Below, in pieces: positions 50,273 through 63,000 of a stretch of 64,000 nucleotides of DNA. This DNA is from Tubiluchus corallicola. Taxonomy: Eukaryota; Animalia; Priapulida. The stretch lies in assembly GCA_030141605.1 (NCBI GenBank), contig JAQGDQ010000010.1, positions 620,001 through 684,000 on the forward strand, written 5' to 3'. Both the position numbers and the translations under genes were made by a program. A model generated the notes under the pieces. That model was not told the origin of the DNA. It made no database searches and saw only the letters and a list, made by a program, of their open reading frames with translations. Each line of letters begins with the position of its first letter. The stretch's first letter is position 1.

Positions 50273-51873
50273 GGTAAACCAGGCCTTCGGACTGTCCTCC
50301 CTTGTCAAACCAGTGATGGGCTTGACTGTAACAATTTTACCAATTTAGATCATGCAAAAGCAGGTCCAAATTGTAGGTCCTGACTTACAATCAAGAACTC
50401 CTGAAATCTGCAAAAACAAAAACTAAGTAAAAGAAAATTCAAACAGCAGTGCCAAAAATATCAAAATATATGGCAACACCTACAATGACAAAATTCACCA
50501 AAGAACAGAGAGATATTCTCTGTCATCTGCACTTACCTAGCCCTACTTTGAACATATTAAATGGGTAACAGTACTTACACAATAAATAGCATATGTACAG
50601 ATTGCTACTTGGAATGTCTATTTAGCTAGTTAACATAATATAACAGAACACAACATAATCTTTATTTTATCTTCAGATTCTTGACAGACACGCCCGCCCG
50701 CCCGCACATGCAGACAACAAAAATGATAGTTTAAAAAAATTGAGAAGAAAGAGCAGCAAAAGACCAAATGGTCATCTAGTGAGCTGTCCTTTGATTAGTA
50801 ATGATCATTATATTGATGCCGTACTATTGGTGTTATTAGTGAATGTAATTAAAAATTATTACTGTACTTGTGTATGACAAAATGTAAAAATGAAAAAAAG
50901 CAACCACATTTAACTGATGACAAATGAAATACCTAAAATTTTGAAAGCAAAGCAATCCACAAGAAAAGAAGTTTCTGCAAGTTTAGAGATTAGACATAAT
51001 AACGATACAGAATCAACAAATTACAAACCCAGTAACAAAAAAAGACTGACAAACTACAACATAGCGCTTGGTGTCTCCGGCAAGACAAAAGAAAATTACC
51101 ATAAGACAAGTCTCAATGATATTACTAATTGCCGTTTATAAACAGACCTAAAATCACGATATTTCACTAGACGGCAGAACAAAATGAATGTTACTTCAAA
51201 GTCTAACATTGTCCGCCTTAACAGAGCCATAGCTGAAATGCATGATTTATTTAGTTGAAAAGAGATAACGTAAACTGAGAACTCACCATGGTAGACTAGA
51301 ATAACGACCTTACAGTTTACATAACGCACACTTCCTAGTTTCCACTTCACAACGTTACAATGGTTTATGTTAGCTTTCATGAAAATTTAATGCTCCAGTA
51401 AACAAAAAATCAGCAGGCAAGACGAGCAACTTCCGAAGTGCAGAAAGTAGTGTTTAGGTAATGACCAAAATCTTTGGTGACTTCAAGAATCAGCTGTTTC
51501 AATTCCCTTAATATCGGCGCTTTAATATGCAGTTATGCACGACCGGTATGTCAGTCTTACATATCACAACGCTGCACCTTGTATAAGTGACAATTTTTTT
51601 CAAAAATTAATTATTACCACATTTTACATCCGAAATATTGTATCTGTAAGCTGTGATGATACTTTAGTGTTGTCGTTTAATTTTAACAGCTATAAGCTAC
51701 TGACATATTTCCATACTTTTGTAACTGCACATTGCATAAAATGTTTAATGCAAAAACGTTGTATCTGGCACAGTGATGATGTATAATATTTTCAGTGTAA
51801 AAGCATTGCATTTGCGTCAATTATAAAAATCATTAATTTTTGTGATTTTAACTGCTGGTATACCTCTCCTGAG

Positions 51874-52315
51874 TAGGGGTGAGCAATCTCTATCACAAAT
51901 CGTATTCAAATCGAACCTCTCCTGAGTAGGTGTGAGTAATCTCTAGCAGAAATCGTATTCAAATCGAATCGAATTTGTGACTTTCGAATTCAAATCGAAC
52001 CAAACTTCAGCATTTCAAATTCAAATAGAATTCGAATTGAGATTGAAAGATTTTCAAACAATTTTTGAAACACCAGTAAAAATTAGTCTTACAAATATCA
52101 TGCTGTTACTCGATTTTGTTCTGCAGTAAAACTGCTACTAATTTGTTTAAAATTGTGCACAGAAATCACAGCTAAATTATGCTAATTCCATAATGTTCCA
52201 ATCATTTTAATGATAAAGAATGTATGTGATTGAAGTGCTGAATAATTAAATTTTTAGTTTTAGGTTTGAATCGAATTTTAACTAAAAAAATTCGTTCGTT
52301 CAATGCTCACCCCCA
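51874..52315. mobile_element. hAT MITE (TAGGGGTG family) with a tandemly duplicated left junction
   Basis: CTCCTGAG|TAGGGGTGAGCA ... TGCTCACCCCCA|CTCCTGAG (8-bp TSD). A 53-bp block spanning flank, TSD and left TIR is repeated, with the second TIR at 51927. Confidence 0.85.
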
Positions 52316-52645
52316 CTCCTGAGTGGGTATCTCCCTTAATTAAATGCAAAACTTTATCTTTGCAGTACAACAATCAACCACTTCCATGTTGATTGTCCAT
52401 TCGTGGTCACACTAGCTTGTTGTACCCATCATGCTTAATTGTGAACATCAGCTCTAAACATAATGGCTCTATCAGACTTTTTTGGAAAGACCATTATATA
52501 GCACAAAATGAAATTGACAAAAGTTTTCAAAAGATATAATATAAAAGTTCGAACATGCCTTACATTAAAATTACATAAGTAAGAAACTTATGAGAACTAG
52601 TCTGATTTACCACTCCTCGCTATCGGAATAAGCTTGTATACAGAT

Positions 52646-53020
52646 TAGGGGTGAGCATTCTCTACCAGAAATTGAATTCGAATCGAATTGTCACTATCAA
52701 AATCAAACCGAATTTTAGTATTTCAAATGCTAATAGAATTCGAATTGAGTATAAAAGATTTTCGAACAAGTTTTCGAGCCCTGAGTAAAAAGCGGTTTAC
52801 AAAGGTCATGATGCATAGGCCCTGTTACTCGATTTTGTTCTGCAATAAAACCATTAATTATTAGTTTAAAAATTGTGCACAAAAGTCGCTATTAAATTGT
52901 GCTAATTACTTGATGTCCAAAACGTTTTAATGGCAAAAGACATATGTAGTTCAAGTGTTAAATTATTCGAATTTATAATTTTAAGTTCAAATTGGATTCG
53001 AATTAAAAAACACGTTCGAA
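52646..53020. mobile_element. hAT MITE (TAGGGGTG family), right end disrupted by the adjacent insertion
   Basis: TAGGGGTGAGCATTCTCTACCAGAAA start; colinear with 51927-52300; TTCGAA-rich. Confidence 0.75.
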
Positions 53021-53026
53021 TTCTAT

Positions 53027-53735
53027 TGTAGGGCGCGGAGTATGCCACTAGGCGAAGTAGGACACCTCCACTAAAGCGCATGTGCTAAATTTGCTGAAAA
53101 GTAGTGTCATACATGGGCAGCTCAAGTAGGGCACTGGCGATTTCTGCCGAGAATTATGACACAATAAAACTAAATTGTTTTAGAAAGAAGTAACTTTATA
53201 ATAATGGTGGATAGTCCTTGACAATTTACAAATGTATTTTTTACAATAATATCATCATTATTATAGTATCATCATAACATTAAACTATGCTTTAAGGAGA
53301 GAAATTATATAGGAGACATAGGTTCGTTTATTTAGTAGAAAATTATTTGTATAAGAGGTAGTGAAACGGATTGAAGGAAGACAACATAAGAAATGATATA
53401 CCTTAAGCAAGTGTTGGAATCGCCTAAAAAGCCAGCTTATTTCACTTCAAAAAAGATTAATATCGAAGCCACATTTAATATTGGACGTTCTCGTAGCTCA
53501 GAATACGATTCTTTTATTTTATCAGATGTAAAATAAATTATTCAACGTGTATTGGCGTTTTCAATTAATATTATTAAATAAACAAGGACAACGGATGCTG
53601 CCATTTCAGGTCACTCAATTTGTGGCCTGTCTCTAGTGTCCTACTTGGGTAACCCATGTACGTCGCCTCCTGCTTGGGCTAGGTCATGTACGCCAATTCT
53701 CTTACTTCAGCTAGTGTCCTACTTCGCTCTCAACA
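53027..53735. mobile_element. Second, uninterrupted and more diverged copy of the TGT...ACA element
   Basis: Colinear with 13990-14590 plus 15340-15540; TGTAGGG...CAACA ends; no TSD recognisable. Confidence 0.75.
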
Positions 53736-54097
53736 CCGAATGCAGATACAAAGTTCTTATGCACATGCAATGACATGATAGAATTAACTTATATTCACCT
53801 TATAATTATAACTGAATGTATTGGCAACAGAAATATGACTGATAATTTTGACACATACAATGATTGATTGACGGTAACAAGCGTATAAAATGATTAAAAT
53901 CTTGAGGATGCTAGCAAAAAAAGCGCATTGAAAACGTGGCCAGGGCTATGCGTTTTTTCTCTAGAATATCACAACAACAGTATAAACTAAAGTGATCAAA
54001 TTTGGGCTAGGCAACATGACTCACAGCAGACACAGCAGAGGATGACAAATTGTTTTGAATCTAACCGTTGTCATTGTAGAATAACTGTTTGTGTCAA

Positions 54098-57000
54098 ATG
54101 GATAAACTGTTATTGTGTCTTTTTATTATTTTACGGTTGTTGCTAGCGAATTGTGATATTTATTTTCATAATCCAAGGTATGATGAACACTTGGCCAGAA
54201 AACATTCATTGAGTTAGCGTGTAGCTACAAGCTTGCACAGACCTGTTTACATTGTTACAAATTATAGTACAGACTAATTTAATCTTGTAAACAGCATGTA
54301 CTTGATCTTAGAAGCTGGAATGCAGGAAAGTTTAAAATTAGTACGAGGTATTTTTAGTACACGGTAACATCCTGATAGTGGTGACATTTTACTACACAAT
54401 TCAGCGCTATTACACTTTCGCACCGCCTAGCTTTTTCTAGGTTATTACTCGTTTTTAGGCTCGTAAGTCATCATTCTATTATTCTTACGTCATCAGTGAA
54501 TGTTTCCGCTAATCTAATTGTAATTTAATAATATATTTAGGTATAATTACCAATAATTACGCTGTATTCACAGTTCTACACCTATACAGGGTGTATCGCC
54601 ATCTTGTTTGTGTGTGTAGTCACGTGACGAATTTCGTACTAGTTTATGCATTATCAGGGCCTAGCTTAAAAGGCACGTGACACACTTTCATCTTCACCGC
54701 ATTTACGAAATAAAGAAAAAACCTTTACTTTTTTATAATCTAATAGTAATAATACTGCAGTAATAAATAAAATTAATGATAAATAACTGCAGTGGTCTAA
54801 AATAATTTCCCGCGATACGATACAAACTCCCGTAGCTGCAACCCTAATAATCATAAATTATGCGAAGAAACTAAAAATACAGGTTAAGGGCCACACATGT
54901 CACTGCGCGAGAGCGATTGCGCGGCAGTGGTGTAAACACGGTTATTCACGTGCAGCTTTTAATGGCGGCGGTAGGTAAGTAATGCGTGATTTTAATCTGG
55001 ACTTATAAAGCGTAAGAAGCAATAATGTTATGGGAATATGGTGTATATTACGCCTGTTGGTCTGCTTTCTGGCCTGCAGGCGTGAAAACAACCAATAGGC
55101 CAGGAAAAGCTAGGCGGTGCGAAAGTGTAATAGCGCCCACAATTCTGGTACAATGATCTTTAGGTACAAGGACCTTTTGGCAATAGGAAAATGTGGTATG
55201 GCAAATGTTTTGTACAAGGAAAGTATGGTAGCAAGGTTGTTTAGTACTAAGAAGTATTGGTACGAAGAAGTTTTGGTACTATGAAAATATGGTACGAGGA
55301 AAATTTCGTACTAGAAAATTTGGTACTAAATGAAAAAGAGAGCATTTCCATATCTCAGTATAAAATAACTGTTTCAACTGGAAAAAGGGAAATTCTCCAG
55401 TAGAGAGGAAATTGGATACTAGAAAAGTCTGGTTTATTAAAAAGCTCAAAACATCATAATTAATAGTGGGTGGCAGCTAAAAGCATTTTGCATAGTAATG
55501 CGCCAGCAGTTTCCAATGTATGCTGTAGTAATTATTGTCTTTCTTACTGTTGCTATAATTGTCATAATCATTGTTTCTGTCTAGAATATCAACAGTGTCA
55601 TCTTTGCCATAATCATCACTATTATCATCATCATCATCACTATGATAATCATTGCAGTCATCAAAAGTATTTTCATCACTATCACTGTAGTCATTATCAC
55701 CAATCTTTATTTATTGGCACATCAGCAATAGCAACAACAGTAGCAGTGGTGATGGTGATGATGATTGTGGTTTTGGCACACACCAACACTATTGCTACCA
55801 CTTCCAACAGCAACAGCAGCAAAAACAGCCATGAAAACAATAATAATAACAAGTATATCAACAGTAACAATAACAGCAACAACAAGATCAACAGCAGTAG
55901 CAATTACTGCTACTGCTGCTTCTCAGCAACGATGACAACAGCAGCAACAGCAACAAAACAACAAATGTAACAGTGAGAACAACAATGATGATGATGACGA
56001 TGATGCGGACAACAAAAACAGAAGAAACAAACATACAACAAAACATAAAACAACAAAAGAAATAAATGGCAGCATTAATGATAATGATGATGATGATGAC
56101 AATGGTGAAGATGGTGGTGGTTGTAAACACTACAAAAGAATGTGCAAGAAACAGACAAACAAATACAACAATGACAAACAACAATCAAACATATGAACAA
56201 AGAAACAAATAAAAACAAATGCAACAATATGAGCCTTTATATAACTTTTATGAGTAGGTCATATAAATATATATTTCTGTATCGAATTTTCTGAGTATGA
56301 AACTTGTTCCCTACCATTTTTACTATGTACAGTAGGCGCCGCTTAATAGACTCACTTTGGGACCGACGTGTTTTGACCCAATTAACCGACTGAACCTATT
56401 AACCGATGGGTGTAGTATTACAGGTATAGAAGTATGAGTCACAGCTTACTATGCACTGCAAAGGTTTTTAATGAATTTTAGAAACAGAGTAATGACTAAG
56501 TTCCTTTGTGCAGTTAAAAATTAGAAAAAATATTTTAAAATATTAATTTATGTAAGTGAATTAGCAATAAATTAAAAATTACACTTTTGTAAATCACAGA
56601 CTTTTCTAAGTCTGTTTATTTGCAAAAATTAAAAAAATTCCTTCTAAGTCGGCTACTTCATTTTCTCGTGAAGAAGTTGGCCCACAAAGTTCCCTTAATT
56701 ACAAAAACGTTGAAAATCTGTTGTTGTGCTTGACTAAAACAGTTCTGAATCGTCTGTTCACTTACATTGCTCTTATTTGCTGTACGATGTTTACTCTTGT
56801 AAGTCACAAGGAATACCGGCTGATTACTGTACCTGCATTTTTGACTGTTAACTCATTAAGCCTGAAAGCGTGGTTTGCAACGAGAGCATCAAAAGGAAAC
56901 CCCTAGCCAAATGATTAAATGTTTAGCTTCCAGAAATTCTTTGGGCAACAGTGGGCCTGCGGGTAACAAATTCAAAGCAAAACTGCCATGCTACCGTATT

Positions 57001-60000
57001 TCCACATGATAAACGTACCGGCTTACAAACAAAATGGTACTAACATTATTGTTCCTGCATACACAGTGCACAGATGAGAAATAAAGATGACATAAAAGTA
57101 GGAAAGCCTCTTTGGGCACATACAAATATCTTATTTTTGTGCTGCTGTTGTGTTGTCGCCGCAGTATATTACTTGTATTCCAAGCATCGAAGCAATTCTT
57201 AAGCGCTGTCTTTGCTTGACACATAATATTGATTTATTGCCTATGTCATTTCTAGAAAAACAGCATAGTATTATTGATTTGGTAAATGCATATAAGATTT
57301 TGAATGATGATACTATACTGCAGTCCTTGTTAGATTTAGACCTTTTCATCGGTTCCGGGACATTTTCATAAACTTTTTTATCCTGGTGTTAGAACTAATG
57401 TATGGAAACATTTCTTTAGTCTTCGTGTGATTGGTTCATGGAATCGTTCCCGAAGTTTAGCTTACATAGTTTAGTTTAGCTTATATACCTTCAGAGAACA
57501 TAAGAAAATTTAAAAGTGCAATGAGAGTAGCGTGTTCAATGCCAACTGTAGGTGCCATTGATCATAACAAAATTAAATATTTTTCCCAGGATATTTGGTG
57601 AACAAAACCTGAGCTATTTTACTTTTTTTTATCTACTCTGTGGGTACAATTTCTTCATCTTTAATTCAGGCTCATTGACTGGTCTGACTGGAAACAGACA
57701 ATTTTAGATAATGCATAATTTATTAAATTCTGACATTTGATTGAGTTTAAATATATGAGACTGGAGACCAACTATTTTAGGTAATGACTAAATCATTAAA
57801 CTAATTACACAATGTTTAATTTTTAATCATTACTCAATTGTTTTTTAGAGGGAGTAATAACAGACTGGACGAAGCGACAAGAAATCGAGCGAACGGTAAC
57901 AGACTGTTTGACTCGCAAAATAACGACAGAGGTGGCTACAATGTTGGCAGTGTTTACTATTATGTTGGCTCTAAACTACAGCTAGAATGGTACTGTATTT
58001 TTTTTATTTATGATGCATCCATGAAACCTAGTTTGTAGCAGTATTCATCACCCTGATGTTGTAAATAATTAAATTATAGCATTGATAATAGAAAGGAAGA
58101 TTTAAATCCCAATACTACCTAACTGATAAATCTGGGAGTTTGTTGTCTGAGAAAATGTAAAAGTGCTGAAGAATTTTGGAATTTGAATTTGAATATGACC
58201 ATTCTCTGTTGTGTGAACAACCCAGCAGATCAAGTCTCAGTTCTAAATTTCTGTTTCTGTAGTATACATCAAGCCCAAACCTGTATTTTCTGTATCATCT
58301 AACTGTTGTGATGTGCTACCATAAAAGCTTTTCCACTCGAAGCTACTGAAGCAAGATTTGGAATTTCTGGTGTTTTTGCTTATTGCCTAATGTTAATAAT
58401 GAATGTACAAGTTCATTTATTTGTTTAATTTTACCCGACTTGTAAATATACACTATACAATTTGTACATGTGCGGTTCAGTTTGCTGTTTGTTTTGCAGG
58501 ACAAATCAACATTCCTGTAAGAGTCCTAACAACCACTGTGAGCTAGTCATGCAATACATGTGCCATGATTTGCTACGTGACGGAACAACGACTAGGTGAG
58601 AAAAGTGAATCACCAATTAACTAACATAATAAACTTTGTAATTTAACTCTTGAGTTCTGTGACACTTCACAATGATGTTTGTTCTCTATTCATAAAATTT
58701 TTCATTTTATTTTTACCCCCTCTCTCTCCTCTCCTGCCTGAGACAGTATCTGTTCTACATATTTCTCCCACTCACCCTCTCTCTTTCTCTCGTTGCTGTT
58801 TTTTCTTGCCTTTGTTTTTTGCTAATGCTACCTTTTTAGTACAACGTCTCTTTACTCTCTTTAAGCCTATGGCATATGACCACCCGTTAGTAATTGTCTC
58901 ACATTCATGCTATTTTCTTTTTGTGTTTACATATTGATTTGCAGTGACTGGAATAATAATGTGCACACATTATTACTGCTGTTGGTGATACAGCTTAACC
59001 GGAACTTGTATTATTGACATACGTTAGAGATAATTTAATGCCTTCTTTCAATGCATTTGCCACATGGAAAGAGGAAGTTATTAGGATACATCCTGTTTCC
59101 GTGAGCACTATGCAATTTTAAATATTTTGCCGTACATAGAACTTATACATGATTTCCACAATATTCATGCATTTTAGTTTAAAGTAATCTTGTTTGAAAA
59201 AAGATATGGTGAAAGTATGCAGTTTTTTCAATAGGGCATAAATAAGGCAATCAAATGACATTTCATTTATATTAAGGGTCTTTACTAACTCATGATATTT
59301 ATATTAATAAAAGCTGTAAATAAAAGTTAGCCACAGAAGCTTATAAGGAAACAAGTTTGTTCTAATATTACCAATCGTTCATTACCCACTTGAAAAATCA
59401 GAGCATGGGTGGGGTGTTCAATCGCATCTGCTTCTCTGTCCATCTGTGTGTGCATGTGTCTGGTGGCACAATAAAATCAAAAAGAATCAAGCAAATAATC
59501 ACCAACCTTGGTACAGTGATAGATCTGGGCCATGTCTCAAAACCCACTGATTTTTGTTACATTTTGTTTCTGCAAAATTTAAAGCAAACCTAACAGACAT
59601 GTATAATAAGTGAACAGCTCAGATTTTCCTTTCAATTGATGGCTTCAAGAAATCAGTAGATGTGGATCTACTTGTCATGTAGATGAGTAGTATTTAGCAA
59701 TTTGTGAGCAGTGAAGTTGATCAGTAATGATCCACCAATTTTTTTACCAAGAGCTTCATCATATTATTTTGTAATTTTTTATGTCCCCACCTGTTATGTA
59801 CTAATGTTGCATTTTTTCATTTTTCACAGCCAAATACCTGAAAACCCAACGCAATGTTCTGAGTATGACTGCAACCACGATTTTCGCTTTGGTATGCATG
59901 AAACATACGACTACTACTTGACTGCAAAGCTCAGGAAAAGAAACCGTGGACTTTTTACAGCCGATCAGGTATCACTAAATCAAAGCATCGTTCTGTGATC

Positions 60001-63000
60001 TGGTTTGAGAATGTGTATTGCAAACTTGGGTAGTTATTTTTAGGCACTTTTAATGGAGCTACTATTGGAGCCTTTACATGCTGTTGTTCTTCCAGCAACT
60101 TAAAGTTCATTTAGCAATGAATCATAGTAATGAGCAATGAATCATAGTAATATGGTAGGACTGCATGAGAATGTAATTGGCATAGACTAATGAAGCCAGT
60201 GATGTACTCTGTTCATGATCTAATTTTTTTAAATAAAAACGGCTTGGGTTTTCTAACGTTTTGAATAATAATGAAATTTTATGACATGATACCAAAGCAA
60301 AATAGTAGCAGTGACTTTGGATCCCTAAAATAAGCATTCCATTGTATTCTGTACTTTGTGTAACTTTTTTTAGTTTTCCTTAGCTTTTCCGTGTAAGGCC
60401 TGTGTGGTAGTTAAAACAGCTACTTTTTGTATTTAGAGAGCACAGTTAGTTCCGAAAATCCATACCAGACTGAAATATGCCAGCAGAACTAATTTCAACT
60501 AACTGATTTATTCCATATTTAGATCTAAAAGTCCCACACCAGCTACTATTTTTTGCTTTCATCTGCAAAAAACTGTGATCGCTGTCCGCGTGAAGACTAT
60601 AATGGAATCTGGATAAATCAGCCCTGTTTTTATCCATATTACCCTGATGATCTGGTCTTATAGCTGCTTATAGCTACAATGTTATAGATTTTTAGCTATT
60701 TATGTTGCAATCAAAATAGAGTTCTTGATGTACTTATTGCAGAAACTAATTTCGTCACTATTGTGATTATGTACATTATTTATAACATTAATTTTGCATA
60801 CTCGATAATATCTTGACAGAATAAACCTACATCTATTCAATATTTGAAGCTAAACTGTCTGAAAGGAAAGCCGGGTTTATTTTATTGCAAATAAGAATCT
60901 TGAAATAATGCAACAAGGAAATGAAATAAGGAATCACATTTTTTACATTTTAGAAGCTAAAGAAAAAGGGAGCTCGAAGCACAAGACAAAATCCCGGAGG
61001 AACGAGAAGAGGTTATGAATGCCCGGAAGAGAGGGATTACTACCCCTACTGGCATCCTACTGGGTGGAAGGTATATTTCTTATTTCACTGAAAGTGGCTA
61101 GTGGTTTTCTTTTGAAGCTATTTGTGCAGAAATTATGAAATTTGCAAACAATGTTTAACAACTCACTTGTAGGAAGGCAAAATGGTAAGTTTAATACATA
61201 GCCTTTTGTACGATGTGGTGCATCCCATGTATCAGGTAGAATGCATATACACACATCTTTGTTGTACCATTTTCTCGGTAAATTCTCATGCAGCAACGTT
61301 GCAAATTCCTACACCGCTGTCGTTTTCTGTTAAAGAGATATAGTTTTGTTGCAGTGGGACAATATAACTACTTCAAGTAAAATCAGATAGCCCAGTAACT
61401 ATAAAAGAGCAGTCTATATATGTGGTTTTGCTTGAAAATATGCATTTCATGGTTGTTGCTTATTGCTGCAATATATTGTCCTGACGTTGTTATTATGGCA
61501 CTATTTTATAGGACATTGTTGTAATGACCAACAATGCCACCAGGTGTCCTTATTATCAGAGAGAAAGTGAAAATGTAAAATCACGGTTTGCCTGCAGTGT
61601 CCCATTTGAAGTCATGGAGATGGAAATGCATGGTCAGGAGGGGATTATTCCTAATAACAGGGAAGAATGTGAAGTATGTTTTCCTGTATTTTATTTGAAA
61701 AAAGTTTGTTTCTATAACTGGAGCTTATATCCAAGCATTTTCTTTTATTGCAAGTTTTGCAGTGCTTATAACTTTTTCTTTACTGGATCAGTAATTTTGT
61801 AGTTACTATTAGTTTTGACTGACATTTTTCGATTGTCTATTCCAGCTTTGTAACCTGCTTTACCCTACAGGATGAAGTAGTTACAGCACCATTAAATGCT
61901 TGGTCATTAGTGAGACAGCAAGCTTTAATATTGTGCTTAATTGGTTATCACACTGACTGTTTATTTTTGTAAGTTATTGGTTAAATTTTTTGCTGTAGGC
62001 ATTCCGTTGGCCAGCTAACAATCCTAATGGTACTGTGGGTAAATGGATGGAATACCCTCCTCATGGCATCCCTCCCCCCGATTGTAGAGAGACTCAGTTT
62101 ACCCGGGACAATCATCTTGGTAATGGAATTGGCGGTTACCCTAACACATACAACTGGACAATACCAGATGATGTAAATGAGCATTGTACATTCCGAATCA
62201 GGTAGGATAACTAGAGCAAACAGTTAGGGATGTTAACGATAACAATGCATATCGATAAATATCGTATGGATAACTTTCCATTATTGTATTGATGCAAAAA
62301 GTTTGTTTTTATCATTTTGTACCAAATCTAGCACGTATCATTGCTTATCATTTCCTTTATAAAACCATTTCACTTTTCTTTTATATTTATTTAAAGTATT
62401 TATGCAAAGAAGTAGATAAAAGTAATTATTTAAAATTATAAGGAAATCAGATGCCGAATCATTTTCTTGTACTTTCGCCTGGCAATAACGGCTATCTTCA
62501 TTCTGAATCTTACTGGCAAAGTATAGAGACCTCTTTATACACTTTGGTGCACAGGTGTCAAATACCCTGTAACGTATTTTAGTGTCACTTTCCCGGTCAT
62601 GTGCAGTTCGCATAGATAAATATTTTTATCACAGTAATATGTTTAGTTTATCTGTCATGTCATTTAAAAAAAATTAGGTTGCATAAAAGAGAGTGTATTT
62701 GATGCTGAATAAAAAATGTGTTATTAAATCTGTTTATATCTCTTTAAGGTCTCATCTTACTTGGGTTTTTATTTTTCAGAATATTTTTAGAAATTTGTTT
62801 CTATATTCAAAAAAGCAAAACTTACCATTTCAGATATAACATTTCCACCGGGGATTATGATGCTTGGAACACGGATGCTAGTTCAAATACTGAAATCAAG
62901 AAAAAACGTGATTATAACAATCCTTCAAAGAAAATTATCATTTATAAAGGTAAAATTGATGCTTCTCACTCAATGAGTTTCTGTTTCTTTGTTATTGTTT

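Noticed and set aside
55470-56184. His/Cys/Asn-rich 166-aa ORF and its antisense ORFs
   Set aside because: Trinucleotide low-complexity tract inside an intron; non-ATG start.
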